This document shows, piece after piece, positions 15,231-24,082 of a stretch of DNA of 32,000 nt. The first letter of the stretch is position 1; every line of letters begins with the position of its first letter. The stretch is from Thermococcus kodakarensis KOD1. GTDB lineage: Archaea > Methanobacteriota_B > Thermococci > Thermococcales > Thermococcaceae. Made by a program: the position numbers and the translations under genes. Where the stretch lies: NCBI RefSeq assembly GCF_000009965.1, contig NC_006624.1, forward strand, positions 240,001 through 272,000. The letters run 5' to 3'. The notes beneath the pieces are model-generated. The model saw only the letters and a program-made list of their open reading frames with translations. It made no database searches and was not told the DNA's origin.

Positions 15231-16991
15231 TCACGGGAGCTCTATCAGCGCCCACACCGGTCTGTGGTCGGAAACCTCAACCTCGCAGAGACATCCGTAG
15301 TCTTTTACCTTCGCTGGCCAGCCCCTCCTCAGAAGGATGTAGTCTATGTTCTCGATGTCGATGTCGCCCCAGTTGAAGGTGTAGGGCGGCCTCTCCTCAA
15401 AAGCATCCTTGTACTCCTGGGTTATTATCTGGATGGCCTTCTCATCGGGCTCTGCGTTCGTGTCCCCCAAAATTACGTGCGCTGCTGGTTCGCTTTCGGC
15501 GAAGCTCAGGAGCTCCTCCGCCTGCATAGCGCGTTCTTCTTCGCTCAGCCCCATGTGGACGTTCACAAGCGTTATTCCAAGCTCTTCAATCATTACCTTC
15601 TGCGCGGGCCTCGCCTGGCCGACGCTCTTGAGGTTGAGCTCTCCCTCGGTATTCATGCGCCAGTGGGAGAAGATTGCTATTCCGTACGTACCCTCAACTG
15701 CGGGCTTGTACTCGTAGGCGTAGCCGAGATATGCAGAGAGCATAAGTGGAACGTCCTGGTAACCGTTAGCTATCATTCCTCCAACGACTTCTTGAGAGGC
15801 GATGATGTCAGGTTCATGCTCCCTCAGGAGTTTCACAAGTTCATACCCATTGAAAGTTCCCCGATACGGGCCGAAGCCCTGATGGATGTTGTAGCTCCAG
15901 ATGAGGACATCCTTCTTGCTCTCCGCATAGCTCGGTCCCGTGTTGAAGAGCGCTAGAACGATCACTGAAACGAGAGCGAGACCAGCGAGCACACTCACTA
16001 CCTCTTTCCTGTTTGGAGTACTGATAGGGGCATTCTTGCCATAAGTTACGACTGCATAAACTATAGAGGCAACAACTATTAGGGCCTCCAGCTTGTCCTC
16101 CATGAAGGCCAATCCAATGTCCCTGCCGATGTAGGCGCCCAAGGCGAGGGTCACCACCAAGAAGAGATAAATAGCACCCAGCTCCCCTTTGCGGATGGTC
16201 TTGGCACTCTCAACGAGAGCAACGGCAGATGTGAGGGCCAGGGGAAGACCTATCAAACTCAGTGGTTTAACGAAGAGGGTCGCCGTGCCCAGGATCAGAA
16301 GAACCGGGGCAATCTTAGGCTTCCTGGCGAGGTAAGGCCCCCCGAGGAGTGCAAGGGCTATTATGAAAGAGTAGCCGACGAAGGTAGGAAGATAATAAGA
16401 GTTAATTCCGGAGTACCTCAAGACTGCGTTTGGATACATGAGACCGAGTTCCAGGAGGGCGGCAAAAGCGTAGAGGCCGAAGCCAGGCTTTGGCAGTTTC
16501 CCTTCATCTTTCCAGAGGGCGTATGCTCCGAAGAGAACGACGAGGCTCAGGATAATCCTGGTGTGTGGGAAGTCGAGCGGCTCCCCGCCAACGGCGAGAA
16601 CCCTCAGCCCCAAATCCGCCACAAGCCCCATCGTCACGTACTTTATGTCGAGTTCACTGAGGAGTGCCAGTGCAACTGGGATGGCAAGGGCCGCTATCAG
16701 GTGGGTGTATTCAGTCGCATCCGTGAGGAGAGAAACCAGCGCGTAGGCCGCCACTATTGCAGCTCCTATCCTCCTGTTGAGTTTGCCCACAACAGCGGAT
16801 GCAATTATGAACAGCACCACGCCGAGCACGGAGGGGAACATGACGTTGTAAAAGAACGTCTTCTCGACGCTTGAATATGCCCCCGCGACGAAAACCCTCA
16901 TGGAAGAAGCTAGGAGAACACCCGTACTTATCCCGATTAAGAGTTCTCTATTAGCAATAGGTCCTTTCAATCTGTCTTTCATTGGATTCAC
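15231..16991 (-). CDS. Polytopic membrane protein with C-terminal endonuclease/exonuclease/phosphatase (EEP) domain
   Basis: The N-terminal 340 aa or so are highly hydrophobic, with many TM segments. The C-terminus has EEP motifs: IWSYNIHQG, IIASQEV, LGDTNA and SDHRPVWALIELP. Confidence 0.8.
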   Translation of the reverse strand: MNPMKDRLKGPIANRELLIGISTGVLLASSMRVFVAGAYSSVEKTFFYNVMFPSVLGVVLFIIASAVVGKLNRRIGAAIVAAYALVSLLTDATEYTHLIAALAIPVALALLSELDIKYVTMGLVADLGLRVLAVGGEPLDFPHTRIILSLVVLFGAYALWKDEGKLPKPGFGLYAFAALLELGLMYPNAVLRYSGINSYYLPTFVGYSFIIALALLGGPYLARKPKIAPVLLILGTATLFVKPLSLIGLPLALTSAVALVESAKTIRKGELGAIYLFLVVTLALGAYIGRDIGLAFMEDKLEALIVVASIVYAVVTYGKNAPISTPNRKEVVSVLAGLALVSVIVLALFNTGPSYAESKKDVLIWSYNIHQGFGPYRGTFNGYELVKLLREHEPDIIASQEVVGGMIANGYQDVPLMLSAYLGYAYEYKPAVEGTYGIAIFSHWRMNTEGELNLKSVGQARPAQKVMIEELGITLVNVHMGLSEEERAMQAEELLSFAESEPAAHVILGDTNAEPDEKAIQIITQEYKDAFEERPPYTFNWGDIDIENIDYILLRRGWPAKVKDYGCLCEVEVSDHRPVWALIELP

Positions 16992-17127
16992 CTCTCACAG
17001 GGTTGTTAGTTGGTATTTAGCTGGTTGTGGAGGATTATTTAAATTTTCGTGAATTCTGATGTGCAGAAATTCAGTGTACATCTATGTTGATTCAGGAGTG
17101 GGAAGAAAAGTGAAAGGGGATAGAGGT

Positions 17128-18447
17128 TCAGCGGAGCTTTCTCTGGGCCATCTCTGCCGCGACCGTTATCGGGTCTATGGTCGGACTTATCGGCGGGGCG
17201 TAGGCCGTTTCCAGGTAGGCAACGTCCTCAACCGTTGCGCCTTTTTGAGCGAGGGCAGAAAGCGTCATTATCCTGCCCCAGACCCTCTCGCCGCCGACTA
17301 TCTGGCCGCCGATAAGCTTTCTGTCTGACTTTCTGAAGATGAGCTTTACGGTTATGGGCTTGCCTCCGGGATAGTACTCTGGCTTGGTCGAGCCTTTGAA
17401 CTTTCCGACCGCTACCTCGATGTCCTCCTTCTTTGCCCTCTCCTCGGTGATTCCGAAGGTGCCGATTTCAAGGCCAAACAGCTCGGTTATAGCGGTGTTG
17501 AAGACTGGTCTGAAGGAGACGTCCTTACCCGCTATGTGCTCCGCGGCCACCTTGGCCATCCTAACGGCGGAAGTTCCGAGCTGACTGAGAGTTCTTTTTC
17601 CAGTTACGGCGTCTATAACTTCAGCACAGTCGCCTATTGCGTAGACCTCCGGGTCGCTCGTCTGGAGGTGCTCATTAACCACTATGCCCCTGTTCACTTC
17701 AAGCCCTGCCTGTTTGGCGAGGTCGGTGTTGGCTCTCACCCCGGTTGCAACCAAGACGAGGTCTGCGGGAACTTCTTCGTCGCCTATTTTGACAGCCCTG
17801 ACGGGGCTTCCGATGATCTCACTCACGCCGACGCCGAAGCGGAAGGAAACGCCGTACTTCTCCATCTCAGCCTGGACGAGCTTTGCCGTGTCCTTGTCGA
17901 GCATTGTGGGCATAAGCCTGTCCATCAGCTCTACAATCAGAACTTCCATTCCAAGTTTTGCAAAGGCCTCGGCGCCCTCAAGGCCGATGAGACCAGCTCC
18001 GATAACGACGGCCTTCTTCGGCTTTCTCTCGGCTATGTAGGCTTTTATCCTCCTAACGTCGTCGAGGCTCTTGAGTGTGAAGACCCCCTCGTTCTCAACT
18101 CCCTTAATCGGCGGAATGAATGCCTTTGAACCAACGGCCAAAACAAGCTTGTCGTACGGGACTTCGCCCTTATCCGTGACTACAACCTTCCTTTCTCTGT
18201 CTATCGCCTTTGCTTCCGTGTTCAGCATGAGGTTTATCTTCTGCTTCTCGTAGAACTCGTTGGGAAAGACTATAATGTCCTCAGGCTTCTCGATAGTGCC
18301 GCTTACCACGTGCGGCAGGGCGCAGGGGGAGTACTGCATCGTTGGTTCCTTTCCTATGACGGTTATCTCGGCCTTCCTGTCAAGCTTGCGCATGAAGAGG
18401 GCGAAGTTGCTTCCGGCTGTTCCAGAACCGACCACGACGATTTTCAT
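17128..18447 (-). CDS. FAD-dependent pyridine nucleotide-disulfide oxidoreductase, NADH oxidase/CoA-disulfide reductase family
   Basis: MKIVVVGSGTAGS is an FAD fold, YSPCALP holds the redox Cys, and a second GxGxxG is VVIGAGLIGLE. The start is set at ATG 18447, because the track extension to 18573 crosses the promoter (CTTTTTATAC on the minus strand). Confidence 0.88.
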   Translation of the reverse strand: MKIVVVGSGTAGSNFALFMRKLDRKAEITVIGKEPTMQYSPCALPHVVSGTIEKPEDIIVFPNEFYEKQKINLMLNTEAKAIDRERKVVVTDKGEVPYDKLVLAVGSKAFIPPIKGVENEGVFTLKSLDDVRRIKAYIAERKPKKAVVIGAGLIGLEGAEAFAKLGMEVLIVELMDRLMPTMLDKDTAKLVQAEMEKYGVSFRFGVGVSEIIGSPVRAVKIGDEEVPADLVLVATGVRANTDLAKQAGLEVNRGIVVNEHLQTSDPEVYAIGDCAEVIDAVTGKRTLSQLGTSAVRMAKVAAEHIAGKDVSFRPVFNTAITELFGLEIGTFGITEERAKKEDIEVAVGKFKGSTKPEYYPGGKPITVKLIFRKSDRKLIGGQIVGGERVWGRIMTLSALAQKGATVEDVAYLETAYAPPISPTIDPITVAAEMAQRKLR

Positions 18448-18559
18448 GGGTGTCACCAAGAGAAGAAGGGGAAGGGGGTATAAAAAGTTGGCTTTAGTTA
18501 AATCCGGAAATACTCGAAGAGTAAGCGGACAAACAAAGACATAAGTAAAGGCAAAGAAA

Positions 18560-19345
<786 letters not shown>

Positions 19346-19357
19346 TTAACTATTCCC

Positions 19358-19676
19358 GGCGGCGGGCTAGGCCGGGGGGTTCGGCGTCCCCTGTAACCGG
19401 AAACCGTCGATATGCCGGGGCCGAAGCCCGGGGGGCGGTTCCCAAAACCGCGCCCGGAAGCCGGGGCACAACGGTGATCCCTCGTCCCGGGGGGCCGGCG
19501 GTGGGCGAGGTCCGGCTGGAGGGCCGGGCTAACGCCCTTTGCCCGCCGAACCCCGCCAGGCCCGGAAGGGAGCAGCGGTAGGCGGGACGTGCGGCGCTCC
19601 CGGGGTAGCGGGGGTGAGCGAGCCCCGGTGGAAGGGCGCGGCGGAGGGTTCCCACCCCCGGGCGCGCCCGCCGCCA
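19358..19676 (+). ncRNA. Signal recognition particle RNA (archaeal 7S RNA)
   Basis: It is about 320 nt and extremely GC-rich. The 5' GGCGGCGGGC pairs with the 3' GCCCGCCGCC. It contains the conserved helix-8 motif CCAGGCCCGGAAGGGAGCAGCGGUA and is followed by CTTTTT at 19689-19695. The ends are accurate to a few nt only. Confidence 0.9.
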
Positions 19677-19726
19677 CTAGACTTTGAAGCTTTTTGGGAG
19701 AGGCTACACTAATGAAACTTTTCTAG

Positions 19727-19775
19727 CAAGCTTTTGGGAAAAGCTTGACCAAAGAAACTTTGCAAGCAAAGTTTC
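19727..19775. repeat. Two adjacent perfect hairpins/palindromes
   Basis: The first is CAAGCTTTT-ggg-AAAAGCTTG (19727-19747). The second is GAAACTTTGC-aa-GCAAAGTTTC (19754-19775). TGAAACTTT at 19713-19721 is also complementary to 19768-19776. Confidence 0.8.
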
Positions 19776-20054
19776 ATCAAAGTTCGTGGTTCTTGATTAG
19801 AAGGTTGTTCTGGGGAGATTTTTCATTCAGGAGCTCGCTGTATGAGTGCGAATTCGATTTTAGTAAGAGTTCTCGGTGTGAGTTTGCTTTTAATCGACAC
19901 CCGTAGGGCGTCGGGATGTTGGAAACTTCTTTTAGAGGGCTGAAATTGGGGAATTCACTAATGCTAGCTTGTGTATCTTGAAAATCCTTGTAGTGGGGCA
20001 ATTCTAAGAAGAACCACGAGCCTCGATCAAACTCAACGGGGCTATCGTCCCGTG

Positions 20055-20075
20055 CGTTGAAGCGAAGCTTCAACG
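20055..20075. repeat. Perfect 9-bp hairpin/palindrome
   Basis: The sequence is CGTTGAAGC-gaa-GCTTCAACG. It is followed at 20082-20112 by a second copy of the 30-nt motif seen at 19725-19754. Confidence 0.8.
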
Positions 20076-20358
20076 TCGCGCAGCAAGCTTTTAGAAAACG
20101 CTTGACCAAAAGTGCGCCCTTTCTTTTGACTTTGCTGTTAGAGAGGGTATGCTTGCTCAGAAAGCAAGTTCACGCGGGTTTAACCTCAAAATATCACACT
20201 AATTGTGATTTCAAACTTTCTTTTTAGCGCTCGACGAGCGCTATACGGTGAGGAAATCCTGTAAGTCTGGCTACTCGATAAGTAAACCCACTCAAAAGCT
20301 AGCTCGTTAAGAACGCATACTTTTCTTCCGCCAGCGCTTTCGCAAGAAAGGGCTGTTG

Positions 20359-20446
20359 TGGTGCGGGGGCGGGGATTTGAACCCCGGAACCCCTGCGGGA
20401 CGGGACCCTCAATCCCGCGCCTTTGACCAGGCTCGGCAACCCCCGC
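20359..20446 (-). tRNA. tRNA-Leu (anticodon GAG), CCA encoded
   Basis: Manual cloverleaf: acceptor GCGGGGG/CCCCCGC, anticodon arm CGGGA-UUGAGGG-UCCCG, long variable arm, T arm CGGGG-UUCAAAU-CCCCG. TTTATAAA lies 28 nt upstream. Confidence 0.9.
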
Positions 20447-20556
20447 GTTGCCAAATATAGGGCAGTGCAGTGCTTTATAAACTTTACGGTGCTTCTCGGC
20501 ACTCCAGAAGACCGAAAAATTTATAAAGGCAATCCATCTCTATGGTTTCGGGTCGT

Positions 20557-20634
20557 GGGCCGGTAGCTTAGCCTGGTTAGAGCGGCGGACTCTTAATCCG
20601 CAGGTCGGGGGTTCGAATCCCCCCCGGCCCGCCA
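20557..20634 (+). tRNA. tRNA-Lys (anticodon CUU), CCA encoded
   Basis: Manual cloverleaf: acceptor GGGCCGG/CCGGCCC, anticodon arm GCGGA-CUCUUAA-UCCGC, T arm GGGGG-UUCGAAU-CCCCC. TTTATAAA at 20520-20527 lies upstream. Confidence 0.92.
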
Positions 20635-20706
20635 AAGCGCGTTTCTCCTCAGCGCGTTCTGAGCAGGAGCGCGTTGGAATTACTAGACATTAAGGAGTAA
20701 TGAAAA

Positions 20707-21927
20707 ATGAGTTTTAGAGAACTTGGACTATCCAGTGCTTCAGTTGAAGCAGTTGAAAGAAAGGGTTTTTCAATCCCAACAGACATTCAGAGGGAGGTCA
20801 TCCCCCTTCTGCTGTCCGCTGAGAGCGATATTGTGGGTCAATCAAAAACGGGAAGCGGAAAAACAGCAGCTTTTGGACTTCCGATTCTGGATTCGATAGA
20901 TGAATCCATAAGGGAAGTTCAAGCGTTGATTCTAACCCCCACAAGGGAGCTTGCCATACAGGTCACTGATGAGCTCAGGTCGCTCAGGGGCAAAAGGAGG
21001 ATTTACGTTTACTCCGTTTACGGCGGACAGCCGATCGGACCTCAAATAAGGGCCCTTGAGGGGGGCGTCCACATAGTAGTTGGAACTCCTGGACGGGTTC
21101 TCGACCACATAAACAGAGGTACTCTGAACCTCGATGGGGTCAGGTTCTTCGTCCTCGATGAGGCCGACAGGATGCTGGACATGGGCTTCCAGGAGGACAT
21201 CGAAGCAATCTTCAGGGCAACCCCCAAGGAGAAGAGGGTCCTGATGTTCTCAGCCACGATGCCGATGGATGTCCTCCTGCTGGCAAAGAAGTACATGAGA
21301 AACCCCGAGGTAGTCATCGTCAGCAGGGACGAGCTTGTCCCAGGAGAGGTTGAGCAGGAGTACATCGAAGCTGTTCCCCACAGAAGGTTCGACCTTCTCA
21401 CCAAGATACTCTCAGATGAGTCTAATGAGTTTTACGGCATAGTGTTCTGTCAGACTAAAGCCGAGACGAGGGAACTCTCTATGAGGCTTAGGGCGGCTGG
21501 ATTCAGGGCAGAGGCCCTCAACGGCGATATGAGCCAGCCGGCTAGAGAGAAGACGTTCAATCGCTTTAAGGCCAGGAAAACTAAGATACTCGTTGCGACC
21601 GATGTAGCAGCGAGGGGACTTGACGTTCCAGAGATAACCCACGTTATCAACTATTCAATCCCAATGAACCCCGAACAGTACATCCACAGGATTGGAAGGA
21701 CAGGGAGAATGGGTAAGAAAGGAAAGGCCATAACTTTCATCGCCCCAGGAGAACTGAGGCGCTTTAGGTACATCACAAAGCAGGCCGGCGTTGAGGTCAA
21801 GAAGTCCGAACTCAGCGAGGGTATTCCCAAAGAATACCGGGAGAGGTTGAGGCAGGAGGAGCTTGAAGGTGAGTACCGCGGCAGGTGGGGGTCAATGAAG
21901 CCCCGCCAGAGAAGGAGGAGATATTGA
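20707..21927 (+). CDS. deaD: DEAD-box ATP-dependent RNA helicase with basic C-terminal tail
   Basis: SKTGSGKTAAF (motif I), PTRELA, DEAD, SAT and HRIGRTGR are present. AAGGAG lies 9 nt upstream of the ATG. The C-terminal tail is RGRWGSMKPRQRRRRY. Confidence 0.93.
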   Translation: MSFRELGLSSASVEAVERKGFSIPTDIQREVIPLLLSAESDIVGQSKTGSGKTAAFGLPILDSIDESIREVQALILTPTRELAIQVTDELRSLRGKRRIYVYSVYGGQPIGPQIRALEGGVHIVVGTPGRVLDHINRGTLNLDGVRFFVLDEADRMLDMGFQEDIEAIFRATPKEKRVLMFSATMPMDVLLLAKKYMRNPEVVIVSRDELVPGEVEQEYIEAVPHRRFDLLTKILSDESNEFYGIVFCQTKAETRELSMRLRAAGFRAEALNGDMSQPAREKTFNRFKARKTKILVATDVAARGLDVPEITHVINYSIPMNPEQYIHRIGRTGRMGKKGKAITFIAPGELRRFRYITKQAGVEVKKSELSEGIPKEYRERLRQEELEGEYRGRWGSMKPRQRRRRY

Positions 21928-22076
21928 GGATTTTTCTTTTCCCCCTCTTGTTGATTTCTGATTGCTCTTATATCTGAGTATGAATTCTGAAAAATTCTCT
22001 AAAGTCGCTTCTGTGGTGCTTAATCAAAACAAGCAGTTAAGAAGGAAGCAACTAAGAAGGTTAGAAGGTTAAGAGC

Positions 22077-22163
22077 TGGCGCCGGGGCAGGGATTTGAAC
22101 CCTGGCGGGCAAACGCCCACGGACTCTCCAGGCCCGCGCCTTCCCAGGCTAGGCTACCCCGGC
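22077..22163 (-). tRNA. tRNA-Ser (anticodon GGA), CCA encoded
   Basis: Manual cloverleaf: acceptor GCCGGGG/CCCCGGC, anticodon arm CGGGC-CUGGAGA-GUCCG, 15-nt variable arm, T arm CAGGG-UUCAAAU-CCCUG. It lies 16 nt downstream of the S10 stop. Confidence 0.9.
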
Positions 22164-22179
22164 GCATAAATGAGAGGAA

Positions 22180-22488
22180 TCAAGAGATGAGTTCGATCTC
22201 GATGGTAACATCCTCGGGAACGCGGATGCGCATGATCTGGCGCATGGCCCTTTCGTCGGCCTCGATGTCAACGAGCCTCTTGTGAACGCGGAGCTCGAAC
22301 CTGTCAAAGGTGGCGGAACCCTCTCCATCTGGGCTCTTCCTGGTGGTGATCCTGATCCTCTTTGTCGGAAGCGGTATCGGACCGCTCATCCTGACGCCGG
22401 TTCTCTCTGCTATCTGCTTGATCTGGTCGGTGACCTCGTTGAGGGCCTTTATGTTGGTGCTCGCCAGCTTAATCCTCGCCTTCTGCAT
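22180..22488 (-). CDS. rps10: 30S ribosomal protein S10
   Basis: [12 protein letters not shown]...[13 protein letters not shown] is typical uS10. GGAGGG lies upstream of the ATG. Confidence 0.95.
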
Positions 22489-22547
22489 TTCCGTCCCTCC
22501 TAAAAGGTTCAGGAAGATTTCAAAGGAAGGAAAGATTGAGAAGGCCT

Positions 22548-23834
22548 TCAGTCGGCCTTCTGGATGGAGATGACCATACCGGCAGCGACGGTCTGGCCCA
22601 TGTCACGGATGGCGAACCTGCCCATCTGCGGGATCTCCTTGACCGGCTCGATGACCATTGCCTTGGTCGGCCTGAGGATGACGATGGCTGAGTCACCGGT
22701 CTTGATGAACTGCGGGTTCTCCTCGACGATGTTACCGGTCCTCGGGTCGAGCTTAGCGAGGAGCTGCTCGAACCTAACTGCGACCTGGGTGGTGTGGGCG
22801 TGGAGGACTGGGGTGTAGCCGACGGTGATAGCGGTCGGGTGGTTGAGGACGATGATCTGGGCCTTGAAGGTGTCCTTCGGCCTGACGACGGTCGGCGGGT
22901 TGGTGGTGTGTCCGGCAACGTCACCGCGCTTTATGTCGTTCTTACCGACACCACGGACGTTGAAACCGATGTTGTCACCTGGGTAGGCTTCCTGGAGCGG
23001 CTCGTGGTGCATCTCGATGCTCTTGACTTCACCCTGGATCGGCTTGTGGAAGATGGTGCTGGCCGGCTCGAAGATGACAACGTCACCGACGCGGAGGACA
23101 CCGGTCTCAACACGGCCGACTGGAACGGTACCAACACCCTTGATTGAGTAGACGTCCTGGATCGGGATGCGGAGCGGCTTGTCAACCGGCTTCGGCGGCT
23201 CGGGTATCTGGTCGAGGGCCTCGAGGAGGGTCGGGCCGTTGTACCAGGGCATCTTGTCGCTCTTCTTAACGACGTTGTCGCCCTCCCAAGCGCTGATCGG
23301 GATGATCGGGAAGTCCTTGTAGCCGAGCATCTGAAGGAGCTTCTTAACCTGCTCGGCGACCTGCTTGAACTTCTTCTCGTCGTAGTTGACCATGTCCATC
23401 TTGTTGATGGCAACTATGATGTGGTTGATACCGAGGGTCCTGGCAAGGAAGGCGTGCTCCTTGGTCTGTGGCATGACACCGTCGGTAGCGGCGACGACGA
23501 GGACAGCCGCGTCGGCCTGGCTGGCACCGGTGATCATGTTCTTAACGAAGTCCCTGTGACCCGGAGCGTCGATGATGGTGATGTACCTGTGCGGGGTCTC
23601 GAACTTGGTGTGGGCGACGTCGATGGTGATACCGCGCTCCCTCTCCTCCTTGAGCCTGTCCATGACCCAAGCGAACTTGAAGGACTTACCCTTCTCACCC
23701 ATCTCCTCGAACTTCTTGATGATGTTCTCCGGGATGTTCGCTGTGTCGAAGAGCAGCCTACCGATGGTAGTGCTCTTTCCGTGGTCGACGTGGCCTATAA
23801 ACACAATGTTAACGTGTGGCTTCTCCTTAGCCAT
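22548..23834 (-). CDS. tuf: Translation elongation factor 1-alpha (aEF-1A)
   Basis: [30 protein letters not shown] and NKMD GTPase motifs are present. ATG 23834 is preceded by GGAGGTG; the track start at 23840 is a TTG. Confidence 0.97.
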
Positions 23835-24035
23835 TTTCAAACACCTCCATATTTTGGTCTAGTCTCGTTGACTAGGATGGCTTTTTAAATCTTTCGAACC
23901 TCGGCCCCCTCGGGCGGGAAACCCGCCGTTTTCGGGGGGACCTCATGAGTTCTGGGTTTAACTCAAGAACGGGGTTTAAAAAGTTAACTAATGACGGATT
24001 TAGACTTTCACGTGATAAAACAGAGTTCTTGAGAA

Positions 24036-24082
24036 AAGGTCAAAGAGAGAACAAGAAGAAAGCCCGCATCACTGCTGCGGGC
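24036..24082 (-). terminator. Hairpin plus pyrimidine/T-rich tract at the EF-2 3' end
   Basis: On the minus strand, GCCCGCA-gcaguga-UGCGGGC encloses the stop codon in its loop (24062-24082). It is followed by TTTCTTCTTGTTCTCTCTTT. Confidence 0.4.

Noticed and set aside
15081-15956. 291-aa plus-strand ORF, and 14546-14875 (109 aa).
   Set aside because: They are antisense to kptA and to the EEP-domain gene, which both have clear family motifs. There is no RBS or family signal.
17536-18129. 197-aa plus-strand ORF and its neighbours (17384-18544).
   Set aside because: They are antisense shadows of the NADH-oxidase-family gene.
19777-20109. 110-aa minus-strand ORF in the SRP-RNA/tRNA-Leu gap.
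   Set aside because: It has only a TTG start and no internal Met, no RBS, and weak G/C third-position bias compared with neighbouring genes. I treat it as non-coding (see the hairpin-rich region finding).
20193-20209. ATCACA-N5-TGTGAT palindrome as a Thermococcales glycolytic motif (TGM, TATCAC-N5-GTGATA) for TrmB-family regulators.
   Set aside because: The spacing between the conserved ATCAC/GTGAT cores is 7 nt rather than 5, and there is no sugar-metabolism gene nearby. I keep it only as one of the palindromes in the hairpin-rich region.
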